From Candidatus Hydrogenedentota bacterium (lineage in GTDB: Bacteria; Hydrogenedentota; Hydrogenedentia; Hydrogenedentales; SLHB01): 64,000 nucleotides of DNA. The position numbers and the translations under genes are program-made. Shown here piece after piece: positions 31,895 through 43,933 of the stretch (the first letter of the stretch is position 1; every line of letters starts with the position of its first letter). The stretch lies in the NCBI GenBank assembly GCA_045863295.1, contig BTWA01000002.1:203137-267136 (forward strand). Direction: 5' to 3'. Below the pieces are notes generated by a model. That model saw nothing but the letters and a program-made list of their open reading frames with translations. It had not been told where the DNA came from and ran no database searches.

Positions 31895-33097
31895 CTAATT
31901 GCGGGCATCGTCGCGAAACGCGCCCCACAGCACGGCGGTCACTGCCAGGGATACCCATGCGGGCATCATCCAGAACCGGGTGAAGTCGATGGCCGTAGAG
32001 CCCGGTGCGATGCAGTATTGCGCCATCTGCCCGCCGATCAGACTTCCGAGGAGGCTGCCCGCGCCGCTGATGATGATGCCCATGAATTGTTGCCCGGCGG
32101 CGCGCAGTTCTGGCGGCGTGCGCGTGTCGACGTATACATAGGCCGTGATGAAGTAGAACGTCCAGCATATGCCGTGCGCCGCGACGGCCGCGACGAGCCA
32201 CGGCGTGGACGTTGAATAGGCCATGACGAAATAGCGAAAGACATGCGCAGCCGCGCCGATGATCATGGTTGCCTTGATGCCAAATCGATCCGTGAACCAG
32301 CCCAGGGCAAACATCGCGCCCACTTCGGCAATCTGGCCGATGCTCAACAGCGGCATGATGTGGCTTTCGTCCACGCCGCGCTGCACGAGATAGGGCCCCA
32401 TCCAGTCGTAGTAGAACCGGTTGATGACGGACGCAAACAGAGTTAATACGCATAGCACCAGCAGGGGCGGGCGCGCAAAGAGTTTCAACGCTTTCCATGG
32501 CGCGAATCCCTTGTCTTTCACCTTTACGCCGGCGTTTGGCAACGTAAAGCAGTACAGGGCGAGCACCCATGAGCCCGCGCCGCACACGATGAGCGCTTGC
32601 GGCACACGGCTGGAGTCCGGAGCGCCTCCACCGCCTCGAATCCACCAGTAGCCGAATATCCAGGCCACGGCGAACCATCCCAGTGTGCCCCACACGCGGA
32701 TTGGCCCGAAGTCTTTTTTCGGATCCGTTACGTGGTGCAGCGCCACAGCGTTCGTCAAACCGCTTGTCGGGACATAGCAGAGGGCGTAGAGCACGTAGAG
32801 CGCAAAGAAGAGCTTGACGGAGGTCACTTGCGACAGCACCAGCATTACGGCGCCGGCCGCGCCGTGGCAAAGGCCCAGCAGCCGGTGCGAACTGATCCAG
32901 CGATCCGCCACTTGGGCCGCCACGAACGGGGCCAGAAACGAACATGCCGCCGGCGTTGCCGCGATGATTCCGATGGCCGCGGGTGAAAAGTGGAGGTAAT
33001 TCTTCAAGTAGTGTCCGAATACCGGTACCAGCGCACCCATGGAGAAGTAGTGCAGAAACATCATGACACCCAGGCGGGCGCGCATCGTGCGAGTCAT
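31895..33097 (-). CDS. MFS transporter (nucleoside:H+ symporter-like)
   Basis: About 12 TM helices; VADRW, FGPIRVWGTLGW, SIGQIAEV. Confidence 0.88.
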   Translation of the reverse strand: MTRTMRARLGVMMFLHYFSMGALVPVFGHYLKNYLHFSPAAIGIIAATPAACSFLAPFVAAQVADRWISSHRLLGLCHGAAGAVMLVLSQVTSVKLFFALYVLYALCYVPTSGLTNAVALHHVTDPKKDFGPIRVWGTLGWFAVAWIFGYWWIRGGGGAPDSSRVPQALIVCGAGSWVLALYCFTLPNAGVKVKDKGFAPWKALKLFARPPLLVLCVLTLFASVINRFYYDWMGPYLVQRGVDESHIMPLLSIGQIAEVGAMFALGWFTDRFGIKATMIIGAAAHVFRYFVMAYSTSTPWLVAAVAAHGICWTFYFITAYVYVDTRTPPELRAAGQQFMGIIISGAGSLLGSLIGGQMAQYCIAPGSTAIDFTRFWMMPAWVSLAVTAVLWGAFRDDARN

Positions 33098-33659
33098 CGG
33101 GTAGAAACTTCCTGACGGGGTATACCTTTTTGGGAATTGCCGGTTGTGCGCTTGCTATCTCTTGTATTGTCCCGCAGAATAGGGGGAGGGTGCAAACCAG
33201 GCACACAATTGGGGAAACTGTGGGATTTGCGCGGCGCTTTGGGGCGACGCAGCCGATTTTTGAGTAGACACGGCCAACTCGTACGAGAAGGACGAAGCGG
33301 TAATTATTGTAAAATGTTTATTTTAAGTCACTTGCGTATATTCACATTGGGTCGAATTGATGGTTCCAAGACGGTTCTGGAGATAGCGGACTACGGACGC
33401 GTTATTATTTGATGGTCATTTGCAGGGCGACCTCGTTCGTTCTGTAAGTCCTTGTCTTACAACAACTTCTAATTTGACGGTTATTTGACTGAATGGTACT
33501 TTCTCGCCCCATGGCGCTGGATCCCAGCACATTGCGCACTTTATGGATTGACGCCGAAATAGTGGGGAAATATGGGTGTTGTGGTGTAGTTTTTTATTCT
33601 TGGTTTGTTTTAGGGTGTGGTGGTTATCCTATGCCGGGCCTCCATGGCCTGGTATCTGT

Positions 33660-33689
33660 TTGACTGTCTTCCCCGTCCTATGCCATACT
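33660..33689 (+). promoter_or_regulatory. Putative sigma70 promoter for the gap leader
   Basis: TTGACT-18-CATACT with TGn extension. Confidence 0.6.
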
Positions 33690-33697
33690 TCCCCACA

Positions 33698-34981
<1,284 letters not shown>

Positions 34982-34989
34982 GGAATCCG

Positions 34990-35025
34990 ATGGCCCCGAG
35001 CGGCAACGCCCGGGGCCATTTCTCT
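34990..35025 (+). terminator. Hairpin / putative terminator between gap and pgk
   Basis: atggccccg...cggggccat then ttctct. Confidence 0.55.
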
Positions 35026-35042
35026 ATAGCGAAAGATGTACC

Positions 35043-36236
35043 ATGAACAAGATGTCACTGACTGATATCGACGTAAAAGGCAAGCGCGTTCTGATGCGCG
35101 TGGACTTCAACGTTCCTCAGAATGCGGATGGCACGGTGCGCGACGATACGCGCATCAAGGCCGCCCTGCAGAGTATCAATTACGTCCGCGAAAAGGGCGG
35201 CATGTTGATTCTGATGTCGCATCTGGGCCGGCCCAAGACGGAAGAAGACAAGCAGAAATTCAAGATGGATCCCATCGCGAATCGCCTTCGGGAGCTGGCG
35301 GGTGGCAATGTCACCAAGGTCGATGCGCTTGTAGGCACCGAAGTTGAGGCGGTGGTCAGCAAAATGCAGCCCGGCGACATCGTCGTGCTTGAAAATACCC
35401 GCTTTAATCCCGGCGAGACCAAGAACGACGCTGAGTTGTCCAAGCAACTGGCCAAACTGGGCGATGTTTATTGCAGCGATGCTTTCGGCAGCGTTCACCG
35501 CGCCCACGCCTCCACGGCGGGCGTCACCGACTATCTGCCTGTCAGCGTCTCGGGCTTTCTTGTCGCCAAGGAGATGGAGTATTTCGGCAAGGTGTTATCG
35601 AATCCTGAACGTCCGCTCACGGCTATCCTGGGTGGCGCGAAGGTATCGGATAAGATCACCGTCATAGACAACCTCCTCAATCTTGTCGACACGCTTATCA
35701 TTGGCGGCGGCATGGCGTACACGTTCCTGAAGGCCCAAGGGCTCGAGATCGGCAATTCGCTGCTTGATGAAGCGGGTATCGACGTTGCCAAGACGGCCAT
35801 TGCCAAAGCCAAGGAGCGTGGTATCACGTTGCAACTGCCCTTGGACATCGTCATGGCGGACAAGTTCGACAACAATGCGAAGACGAAGATTGTTGACGTG
35901 AATGCCATGGAGGCGGGATGGGAAGGCCTGGACATTGGCCCGAAGACGATTGTGAAGTTCAGCGAGATCATCAAAGCCTCGAAGACCGTGGTGTGGAATG
36001 GTCCCGTGGGCGTATTCGAGTTTCCGAATTTCGTCAAGGGCACGCGCGCCTTGGCCGACCTTCTTGCTTCGACGCCTAGCGTCACCAGCGTTATCGGTGG
36101 CGGGGATACGGCTGCGGCCATCGTGCAATTTGGCCTCGCGGACAAGATGTCTCACGTGTCTACCGGCGGCGGCGCGTCGCTGGAGATGCTTGAAGGCAAA
36201 GTGCTGCCTGGGTTGGCGGCCTTGTCGGATAAATGA
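35043..36236 (+). CDS. pgk: Phosphoglycerate kinase
   Basis: [33 protein letters not shown]. Confidence 0.98.
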   Translation: MNKMSLTDIDVKGKRVLMRVDFNVPQNADGTVRDDTRIKAALQSINYVREKGGMLILMSHLGRPKTEEDKQKFKMDPIANRLRELAGGNVTKVDALVGTEVEAVVSKMQPGDIVVLENTRFNPGETKNDAELSKQLAKLGDVYCSDAFGSVHRAHASTAGVTDYLPVSVSGFLVAKEMEYFGKVLSNPERPLTAILGGAKVSDKITVIDNLLNLVDTLIIGGGMAYTFLKAQGLEIGNSLLDEAGIDVAKTAIAKAKERGITLQLPLDIVMADKFDNNAKTKIVDVNAMEAGWEGLDIGPKTIVKFSEIIKASKTVVWNGPVGVFEFPNFVKGTRALADLLASTPSVTSVIGGGDTAAAIVQFGLADKMSHVSTGGGASLEMLEGKVLPGLAALSDK

Positions 36237-36242
36237 CGCAAT

Positions 36243-36278
36243 GCGCCCCCAAACACCGTTTGGGGGCGCTCATTTTTA
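36243..36278 (+). terminator. Intrinsic terminator after pgk
   Basis: 12-bp stem gcgcccccaaac/gtttgggggcgc plus T run. Confidence 0.7.
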
Positions 36279-36388
36279 CAGCCGGTGTGTTGCCGGTTGA
36301 TGTACGGACTACCCATGGCTCGGGCGGACAAGTAGCCAATGCCGAACTGGGCGATGGGCAAACACGAATGAAAGAAGGACTACAGGCT

Positions 36389-36661
36389 ATGTCGCACATC
36401 GAAAAAGAACGCAAGACCGAAATTATCAAGTCGCACGCCCATCATGAGGGTGACACGGGATCCGCCGAGGTGCAGATAGCGCTTTTGACGGAGCGGATCA
36501 ATCATTTGACCGAACATTTCAAAGTGCACAAGAAAGACTTTGCCGGCCGCCGCGGTTTGCTCAAGCTCGTTGGCACGCGCCGCAACCTGCTGAATTATTT
36601 GCGCACGCGCGATCTTGATCGGTATCGCAACATCGTCAAGACCCTTGGGCTGCGCAAGTAA
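36389..36661 (+). CDS. rpsO: 30S ribosomal protein S15
   Basis: [17 protein letters not shown]...RRGLLKLVG. Confidence 0.97.
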   Translation: MSHIEKERKTEIIKSHAHHEGDTGSAEVQIALLTERINHLTEHFKVHKKDFAGRRGLLKLVGTRRNLLNYLRTRDLDRYRNIVKTLGLRK

Positions 36662-36799
36662 TGGCCATAGCCCGGTCTGGCGTCGTGTGGATCTGACTAT
36701 TCGAAAAACACAATTGTGAAATAAGAGATAAGACAAACATGCGAGATGTGGAACGTAGTGGGAGATGTTCCACCACGACGCGAACGGAGAAGAGAACGA

Positions 36800-39118
36800 A
36801 TGGAGCATCTCTCAGTACGAATTGGAAACGACGAACTCAGCTTTGAAACAGGACGCATAGCGAAACAAGCCCACGGCGCCGTCATGGCCCGCGTGGGAGA
36901 CACCATGGTTTTGGCCGCGGTGTGTGTAGCCGATGAGGGCAGACCGGGCCAGGATTTCTTTCCGCTTACGGTGGACTATCGCGAGAAAGGCTTCGCGGCG
37001 GGTAAAATTCCCGGCAACTTCTTTCGCCGCGAAGGCCGGCCGACCGAGCGCGAAGTGCTGGTGTGCCGGTTGACGGATCGGCCGATCCGGCCTTTGTTTC
37101 CGAAGTCCTTTGTGAATGAACTGCAAGTATTTTCCACGGTATTCTCGGCCGACAACGAGAACAACCCGGACATTTTGTCCATCAACGCGGCTTCCGCCGC
37201 GTTGCACATTTCCAAAGTTCCTTTTCAGGGGCCCATTGGCGCGGTTCGTGTGGGGTACATTGACGGCCAGTTCGTCATCAATCCCAAGATGGCGGACATG
37301 GACCTCAGCGAATTGGATCTTGTGCTTGCCGGTACCGCCGATTCCATCAGCATGGTTGAGGGCGCCGCGCATGAGTTTCCCGAAGACAAGATGATCGAAG
37401 CGCTCGCGTTTGGGCATGAGCACATCAAGCAAATCTGTGCCGCGATTGAGCAACTTCGCGAGAAAGCGGGCCAGCCGAAGATGGAAGTGCCCGAAGTGAA
37501 GTTGAACGAGGAAGCGGTGGCCGATGTTGAGGCCATAGCGGCCAACGGAATCCGCAATTTGTTGAAGCCCATGGAAAAACATGCGCGGGCGGACGGCCTC
37601 AAGGCGCTCAAAGACGAAGTGAAGACAAAGCTGCTCGAAAAATACGGCGAGGAAGTTTTCACGGAACGCGCCGCAGACATTTCCACTGCGTTTGGCAAAC
37701 TCGAGAAGCGCCTCATGCGCGAGCAGGTCATTCAGTCTAACACGCGTCTCGACGGGCGAGACCTCACCACAGTACGCCCCATCACGATCGAAGTGGGCAT
37801 TCTGCCCCGCGTGCATGGATCCTGCTTGTTCACCCGGGGGGAAACGCAAGCCATCGTCACGACGACGCTGGGCACCAGCGGCGACGAACAGCGCTTGGAC
37901 GAATTGACCGGCGAAGAGTTCAAGCGGTTTATGCTGCATTACAACTTTCCGTCGTGGTCCGTGGGCGAAGTGCGCCGCATTTCGGGCCCCGGGCGCCGGG
38001 AAGTCGGTCATGGCCGGCTTGCCGAACGTGCCCTTGAGTCCGTGCTTCCCTTCAAGAACGAGGAAGAATCCGAGCCGGGCGACGGATTTCCCTACACGAT
38101 CCGTGTTGTTTCCGATATCACGGAAAGCAACGGGTCCAGTTCCATGGCCTCCGTGTGCGGTGGTTCACTCGCGATGATGGATGCCGGTGTGCCGATCACG
38201 GCGCCGGTTGCGGGTATTGCGATGGGTCTGATTAAGGAAGGCGACGAAGTTCGCGTGCTCACTGACATCCTTGGCGCCGAAGATCATCTTGGCGACATGG
38301 ACTTCAAGGTTACGGGCACCAGCGAAGGCATCACTGCTTTCCAGATGGACTGCAAGATTGGCGGCGTGTCAAATGAAGTGATGCGGCAAGCCCTGAATCA
38401 AGCGCGCGATGGGCGGTTGCACATACTCGAGAAGATGAATGCCGCATTGCCCGCGCACCGTGAAGACATTTCACCTTACGCCCCGCGCATCTTCACCATC
38501 ATGATCCATCCCGACAAGATCCGCGACATCATCGGGCCGGGAGGCAAGGTGATCCGGCATATTCAGCGCACGACCGGCGCGGAAATCGAGATCGAAGACG
38601 ATGGCACGGTTCTGGTGGCGGCGACCAATGCCGAGATCGCGAACATGGCCATCGAGATGATCAAGAACATCACCGCGGAGCCCGAAGTGGGCCAGATTTA
38701 CAAGGGCAAAGTTACCCGCATCATGAACTTTGGCGCGTTTGTTTCGGTCATGGGCGGTAAGGAAGGCTTGGTGCATATATCCGAGCTTGCCCCGTACCAT
38801 GTGCGCAACGTCACCGATGTTGTGGACATTGGCGACGATGTTCAGGTGAAGGTAATTGAGATCGATTCCATGGGCCGTATCAACCTTTCCAAGGTCGCGG
38901 CTGAACGCGAACTTGGCCTCATCGACGACACCATACCCGAGGGTGAAGAGCCGCGGGCACCGCGCGAAGGCGGCGACCGTGGCGGTCGCGGCGGTGATCG
39001 TGGTGGTCGCGGTGGCGATCGCGGCGGCCGCGGTGGCGACCGTGGTGGACGTGGTGGCGGTGGAGGTGGCCGCGGCGGGGACCGTGGCGGTTACCGTGGC
39101 GGCGGCGGACGACGCTAG
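36800..39118 (+). CDS. pnp: Polyribonucleotide nucleotidyltransferase with RGG-rich tail
   Basis: DFFPLTVDYRE, FTRGETQA, ESNGSSSMASVCG, KH and S1 domains. Confidence 0.98.
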   Translation: MEHLSVRIGNDELSFETGRIAKQAHGAVMARVGDTMVLAAVCVADEGRPGQDFFPLTVDYREKGFAAGKIPGNFFRREGRPTEREVLVCRLTDRPIRPLFPKSFVNELQVFSTVFSADNENNPDILSINAASAALHISKVPFQGPIGAVRVGYIDGQFVINPKMADMDLSELDLVLAGTADSISMVEGAAHEFPEDKMIEALAFGHEHIKQICAAIEQLREKAGQPKMEVPEVKLNEEAVADVEAIAANGIRNLLKPMEKHARADGLKALKDEVKTKLLEKYGEEVFTERAADISTAFGKLEKRLMREQVIQSNTRLDGRDLTTVRPITIEVGILPRVHGSCLFTRGETQAIVTTTLGTSGDEQRLDELTGEEFKRFMLHYNFPSWSVGEVRRISGPGRREVGHGRLAERALESVLPFKNEEESEPGDGFPYTIRVVSDITESNGSSSMASVCGGSLAMMDAGVPITAPVAGIAMGLIKEGDEVRVLTDILGAEDHLGDMDFKVTGTSEGITAFQMDCKIGGVSNEVMRQALNQARDGRLHILEKMNAALPAHREDISPYAPRIFTIMIHPDKIRDIIGPGGKVIRHIQRTTGAEIEIEDDGTVLVAATNAEIANMAIEMIKNITAEPEVGQIYKGKVTRIMNFGAFVSVMGGKEGLVHISELAPYHVRNVTDVVDIGDDVQVKVIEIDSMGRINLSKVAAERELGLIDDTIPEGEEPRAPREGGDRGGRGGDRGGRGGDRGGRGGDRGGRGGGGGGRGGDRGGYRGGGGRR

Positions 39119-39136
39119 TCCGATCAAGTCCTTACC

Positions 39137-39171
39137 GGAAGGCGCTTCGGCAACGGAGCGCCTTCTGTTTT
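39137..39171 (+). terminator. Intrinsic terminator after pnp
   Basis: ggaaggcgcttcg-GCAA-cggagcgccttct plus gtttt. Confidence 0.75.
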
Positions 39172-39248
39172 ACAATACAGTTGCAAGGGACGCCTCGGGC
39201 CGTCGGTAAAGTGTAGTACCGGGGCCGATCGGCCCGAGAGGAGCACGA

Positions 39249-40523
39249 ATGAGTACGTTACAGCCGCTAATGCAGTTTGCGCCGGTACAGCGCACGCTTG
39301 CCAATGGTCTCACCGTTCTTCTGGAGCCGCTCCCTTATCTGCGATCGGCGACCGCGGGCATCTGGATCAAGACTGGATCCGCCCGTGAGACCGAAGCCCA
39401 GGCCGGCATTTCGCACTTTCTCGAACACTTGTTTTTCAAAGGCACCACGACGCGGACGGCCCGGCAGCTTATGGAGGCGATCGAATCGCGCGGGGGACAT
39501 CTGAATGCTTTTACGTCCCGCGATTACACGTGCATCTACGCCAAGAGCTTGGGCGAGCATATTGGCAATGCGGTCGAGATTCTGGCGGATATTCTCCGCA
39601 ATTCACAATTCTTCGACTTCGACAAAGAGAAGAACGTGGTTCTCGAAGAGATTGCCACCATTGAAGACGTGCCTGAAGATTTTGTCCATGACGTGTTCTA
39701 TGCCAGGCTCTGGCCCGAGCACCCGCTGGGAAGGCCCATCGCAGGAACGGAAGAATCGGTCTCGGCGACGACCCTTGAAGACGTGCGAACTTACTATCGG
39801 TCGTGGTACGAACCCTCCAGCATGATTCTTTCCGTTTCCGGAAGTTTTGACGAAGATGAACTGCTGGCTCTTATTGAAAGGGAATTCAGCGGCATGGCGG
39901 CCGCGGAACCGCCACGCGACACTACCCCCGCGCACAGCCGGCCCGCGCTTGAACTCATCGACCGGGAAATCGCGCAGCATCATTTGTGTTTTGGATTTCC
40001 GGCGCCCAAGGCGACTGACGAGAAACGTTACGTTTACAGTATGCTCAGCAGTGTGTTGGGTGGCGGTTCCACGTCTCGCTTGTTCGATCGCATTCGGGAA
40101 GAAGCCGGTCTGGCTTATTCCATCTACTCATTTCATTCGACCTACGACGTGGCTGGGGTTCTTGGCGTTTATGCCGCTGTCGCTCCGGAGAATCTGGAGC
40201 AGGCGGTGAATTTGTCCACGGCAGAAATTGTAAAACTTCGCAATGAATTAATTCCCGCCGAAGAACTCGCGCTCAATCGCGAACAGTTGAAAGGGGGACT
40301 TCTCATGTCCCTTGAAAGTACTTACAGCCGCATGTCCCGAATGGCAAAGTCTTACATTTACTTTGGCCGCGTTACCCCTGTTGAGGAAATTGTCGCGGCG
40401 GTGGAAGCGGTTACGGAGGAGGACATCCGGCAGGCGGCGCATGAAGTGTTTCATCCCGAACGCTGCACTTTCGTTTCTTTAGGCCCCACGGAAGGCATTA
40501 AACTGGAGACACTCGCGCTATGA
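39249..40523 (+). CDS. M16 family zinc peptidase
   Basis: HFLEH inverted zinc motif, [21 protein letters not shown]. Confidence 0.93.
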   Translation: MSTLQPLMQFAPVQRTLANGLTVLLEPLPYLRSATAGIWIKTGSARETEAQAGISHFLEHLFFKGTTTRTARQLMEAIESRGGHLNAFTSRDYTCIYAKSLGEHIGNAVEILADILRNSQFFDFDKEKNVVLEEIATIEDVPEDFVHDVFYARLWPEHPLGRPIAGTEESVSATTLEDVRTYYRSWYEPSSMILSVSGSFDEDELLALIEREFSGMAAAEPPRDTTPAHSRPALELIDREIAQHHLCFGFPAPKATDEKRYVYSMLSSVLGGGSTSRLFDRIREEAGLAYSIYSFHSTYDVAGVLGVYAAVAPENLEQAVNLSTAEIVKLRNELIPAEELALNREQLKGGLLMSLESTYSRMSRMAKSYIYFGRVTPVEEIVAAVEAVTEEDIRQAAHEVFHPERCTFVSLGPTEGIKLETLAL

Positions 40524-40972
40524 TCCACGCTGTACGCGTCGAGATTGCGAGGCTTGCCGGAACAGAGGATATCCCTCTTCCGCAATACGAAACCGAACAT
40601 GCCGCCGGCATGGATCTGCGTGCGGCAGTGACCGAGCCCCTTACACTGCAACCGGGCGAACGCACGCTTGTACCCACAGGGCTGCGCATTGCACTTCCCG
40701 AGGGTTACGAAGCCCAGGTGCGTCCGCGCAGCGGGCTTGCCATCAAGTTCGGCATATCTCTCCTCAACAGCCCCGGTACCATTGACGCCGACTACCGGGG
40801 CGAAATCCGAGTCATCCTCGCGAATCTTGGGCAGGAGCCGTTCACCATTCGACGGGGCGATCGGATAGCGCAAATGATTGTTGCACCGGTCACGAAAGTA
40901 GAGTGGGCCCAGGTGGAGACACTGTCTGAAACCGCCCGAGGAACCGGGGGATTCGGCCACACGGGCGTGTAG
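40520..40972 (+). CDS. dut: dUTP diphosphatase
   Basis: [32 protein letters not shown]. Confidence 0.97.
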   Translation: MIHAVRVEIARLAGTEDIPLPQYETEHAAGMDLRAAVTEPLTLQPGERTLVPTGLRIALPEGYEAQVRPRSGLAIKFGISLLNSPGTIDADYRGEIRVILANLGQEPFTIRRGDRIAQMIVAPVTKVEWAQVETLSETARGTGGFGHTGV

Positions 40973-41041
40973 CCCAAGTGGCCGTGTGTGAAAAGGCACG
41001 GAAGATGTTGGGTTTTCGTTTGATCCGAATGTGACTCCACA

Positions 41042-42712
41042 TTACTCCCCGTATGCTTCCCGACGCAGGGCTTTTAGTTCCTTCATCGCGTTGTCCATGC
41101 CGCGGCCAAAGTGGTCGTGCAACCGTTCGTAGATTTCGAACAGTTTTTCGTATACGGCGTGCGCCTCGGGGTTTGGCCTGTAGATTACGTCGCGCAGTTT
41201 CGCCATTTTCTTTGCCGCATCGGCGATAGTGTCGTAGCCGCCGTTGGCCGAGCCGGCGGCGACGGCGCCAAACATGGCGGCGCCAAGCGCGATTGCCTGA
41301 TCGGACGCCGCCACCTTGATTTCCCTGTTGGTGACGTCCGAGAAAATCTGCATCAGCAAGGGGTTTTTGCCCGGCATGCCGCCGCATGCCACCAAATCCG
41401 TTACGGGCACGCCCCCGGCTTCGCAGGCCTTAATGATCTTGTACGTGCCAAAGGCGGTGGATTCCAAGATTGCCCGGTACATTTCCGCCGGTGTAGTGCT
41501 GAGTGTCATACCGATCATCAAGCCGGTTAGATCGGCGTCGACCAGCACGCACCGGTTTCCGTTCCACCAGTCCAAACAAAGTACGCCCGCCGCGCCCGGT
41601 TTCAATTTCCTTGCTTCATCCATCAAGAAGCCGTGAACATCCTTGCCCGCCGCCGTCGCATCGTCCACAACCGATGCCGGCACGCAGTTGTCCACGAACC
41701 ATGCAAAGATGTCGCCCACGGCTGCTTGTCCGGCCTCGTATCCGTACATGCCGGGCAGAATGCCGTCTTTGACCACGCCGGCTAATCCGGGCACGAGTTT
41801 CTTTTCCTTCGCGCATACCATGTGACATAGGGACGTTCCCATGATCATGACCATTCGGCCCGGCTCCGTCACGGCGGAGCCTGGCACGCCCACGTGCGCG
41901 TCAATGGATCCAACCGACACGGCTGTGCCCGCGGGCAAGCCCAGTTTTGAAGCCCACGGTTCTATCAAGCCGCCGGCTTTTGTTCCCGCCGCGTAAATGT
42001 CCGAGCGAAGTTTTTCCGCCACTATATGCTCAAATCGGGGGTCAAGTTCTTTCAGGAAGTCTGGCGACGGATAGCCTTCGTCCCACATCGCTTTGTAGCC
42101 TGCGGCACACGCATTGCGTTTTTCTTCTCCCGTCAGGATGAGATTCACCCAGTCGCCGGCTTCAATGAATCGGTCGGCGGCCGCGTACACCTCCGGCGCC
42201 TCATCCAGCACCTGCAACGCTTTTGGAAACAGCCACTCCGAGGAGACTTTGCCGCCGTATCTTGCGAGGAAAGGCTCATTGCGTTTCACCGCCAGCGCGT
42301 TGATGCGATCGGCTTCCGGCTGCGCCGCATGATGCTTCCACAATTTCACCCACGCGTTTGGATTTGCCTCAAACTCAGGCAGCGTGCACAGGGGCACATG
42401 GTTTTTGGTAACCGGTAGAACGGTGCATGCCGTAAAGTCGACGCCAATTCCGACGACGTCCGATCCCGAAACCCCCGAATCCGCGAGGACTTTGGGCACG
42501 GTTGTCTCGATGACATGGAGGTAGTCGCGTGGATCCTGCAAGGCCCAATCCGGTTCGAGTTTTTTTCCCGTGGAGGGGAGGACGTCGTCGATGACGCCAT
42601 GGGGATAGGGCGTTACCGCCTGGGCGATTTCCTCGCCATTGTCCAAGGCAACCAAAAGGGCCCGGCCCGATTCCGTGCCAAAATCCAATCCAATCGCGTA
42701 CTTCCGTCCCAT
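41042..42712 (-). CDS. araB: Ribulokinase (FGGY family)
   Basis: IGLDFGTESGR, GVDFTACT, LWKHHAAQ, YEAGQAAVGDIF, DWWNGNR. Confidence 0.92.
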   Translation of the reverse strand: MGRKYAIGLDFGTESGRALLVALDNGEEIAQAVTPYPHGVIDDVLPSTGKKLEPDWALQDPRDYLHVIETTVPKVLADSGVSGSDVVGIGVDFTACTVLPVTKNHVPLCTLPEFEANPNAWVKLWKHHAAQPEADRINALAVKRNEPFLARYGGKVSSEWLFPKALQVLDEAPEVYAAADRFIEAGDWVNLILTGEEKRNACAAGYKAMWDEGYPSPDFLKELDPRFEHIVAEKLRSDIYAAGTKAGGLIEPWASKLGLPAGTAVSVGSIDAHVGVPGSAVTEPGRMVMIMGTSLCHMVCAKEKKLVPGLAGVVKDGILPGMYGYEAGQAAVGDIFAWFVDNCVPASVVDDATAAGKDVHGFLMDEARKLKPGAAGVLCLDWWNGNRCVLVDADLTGLMIGMTLSTTPAEMYRAILESTAFGTYKIIKACEAGGVPVTDLVACGGMPGKNPLLMQIFSDVTNREIKVAASDQAIALGAAMFGAVAAGSANGGYDTIADAAKKMAKLRDVIYRPNPEAHAVYEKLFEIYERLHDHFGRGMDNAMKELKALRREAYGE

Positions 42713-42795
42713 GGCGCAAAGCCCCCCTCGTGGATCGTTTACTTGAGACTGAGAATGCTGAAATCATACCAAAAATCGAAACCGAACCGGCGCAC

Positions 42796-43509
42796 TCAGG
42801 CAAGGCGCTTCCGGCCTGCGAAGGTGAAGTGAAAGTCCTCGCCTTCGTCGCTCCGATATTTCTCCGCGTAGTAGCCGACGTGACATGCTTCAAACAGTCT
42901 GAACCGATCGAGCAGTTGATCTTCCGACTCCGTAAACAACACGAAATGATCCTCAATGTGAATTCGGGGTGTGTGCATGCAAACCGTCCTCATGCCACCG
43001 GCCGCTGGTGTCGAATGGGCAAAATAGTGGTGACGCGCGCCTATCATGGTCGCGTATAGCACGGCCCCAGGGGTCATCTGTGCGTACAACGACTGCAGCC
43101 GCAACTGCAAATCGCTTTCTGAGAGATAATACAGGCACTGAATTGCCGTGACGACGGCAAACCCTCCCCCGAAGAACACGTCGTCCACCCGAGGCGTGGC
43201 GGGGATCACGTCAAAATGGCCGGCTATTTCTGGCATTCTTTTCCGGCAGAGCGCGACATTTGTCTCGCTGATTTCCACGCCGTACACGTTGAATCCTTTC
43301 CGGTGAAAGAATTCCGCCGCCGCTCCCGATCCGCAGCCGTACTCAAGGAGTTTTTCGCCGCCTTTTCCCGTCAAGCCCAATTCATGCGCCAAGATGCGCC
43401 CGTATGGCCTGAAGACATGGCTTTCCACGTTTGGCGCTTCATAGCCGGGTTGCCAAAAGCGGGCGTTCTGATCCAGGTACTCCGACGACCCCGATCCCGG
43501 TTGTTCCAA
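42796..43509 (-). CDS. Class I SAM-dependent methyltransferase (TTG start inferred)
   Basis: LLEYGCGSG, VYGVEIS; GGGGAG upstream. Confidence 0.78.
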   Translation of the reverse strand: MEQPGSGSSEYLDQNARFWQPGYEAPNVESHVFRPYGRILAHELGLTGKGGEKLLEYGCGSGAAAEFFHRKGFNVYGVEISETNVALCRKRMPEIAGHFDVIPATPRVDDVFFGGGFAVVTAIQCLYYLSESDLQLRLQSLYAQMTPGAVLYATMIGARHHYFAHSTPAAGGMRTVCMHTPRIHIEDHFVLFTESEDQLLDRFRLFEACHVGYYAEKYRSDEGEDFHFTFAGRKRLA

Positions 43510-43701
43510 GACGAATTCTCCCCAAAGTAGCCATGGCAAACGGCTTACACAAAGGCCCTCTTGTAAGTACCCCAATCGTATTGTATACTATTCGCAATCC
43601 GTACCCGGCTGCTCCGCAACCCGGGGCCGGACCATCCTGTAGGCAAATGCGGAATGGCGCCCCAAGAACAAGGGGCAACAAAAATGTTGGAGAGAGAAAA
43701 C

Positions 43702-43857
43702 ATGAAGCGCTACATTTCGATGCTCCTGCTTGGCTTGGTCGCCCTTTCTAGCACCATGATTGTTGGCTGCGGCCCCAAAGAAGAAGCTGCACCGGCTGAC
43801 GGCGCGGCTGCTCCGGCCGATGGTGCTGCTGCTTCCGAAGAAGAGCGCCCGCGCTAA
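43702..43857 (+). CDS. Small Ala/Pro-rich lipoprotein (51 aa)
   Basis: Signal peptide with IVGC lipobox, AAPADG repeats, GGAGAG RBS, downstream hairpin plus T run. Confidence 0.75.
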   Translation: MKRYISMLLLGLVALSSTMIVGCGPKEEAAPADGAAAPADGAAASEEERPR

Positions 43858-43878
43858 CTTCTGACGATCACCATTTCG

Positions 43879-43929
43879 GACCGCTCTGGCGGCAGGGTAT
43901 ACCCTCCGGCGGAGCGGTTCTCTTTTTTT
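43879..43929 (+). terminator. Putative intrinsic terminator
   Basis: gaccgctctg...cggagcggtt followed by ctctttttttc. Confidence 0.6.
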
Positions 43930-43933
43930 CCGC

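Noticed and set aside
31000..31908. 302-aa ORF with FHGDCTSV repeats
   Set aside because: Translation of the 24-bp DNA repeat plus antisense lolD; the DNA-level palindromes explain it better.
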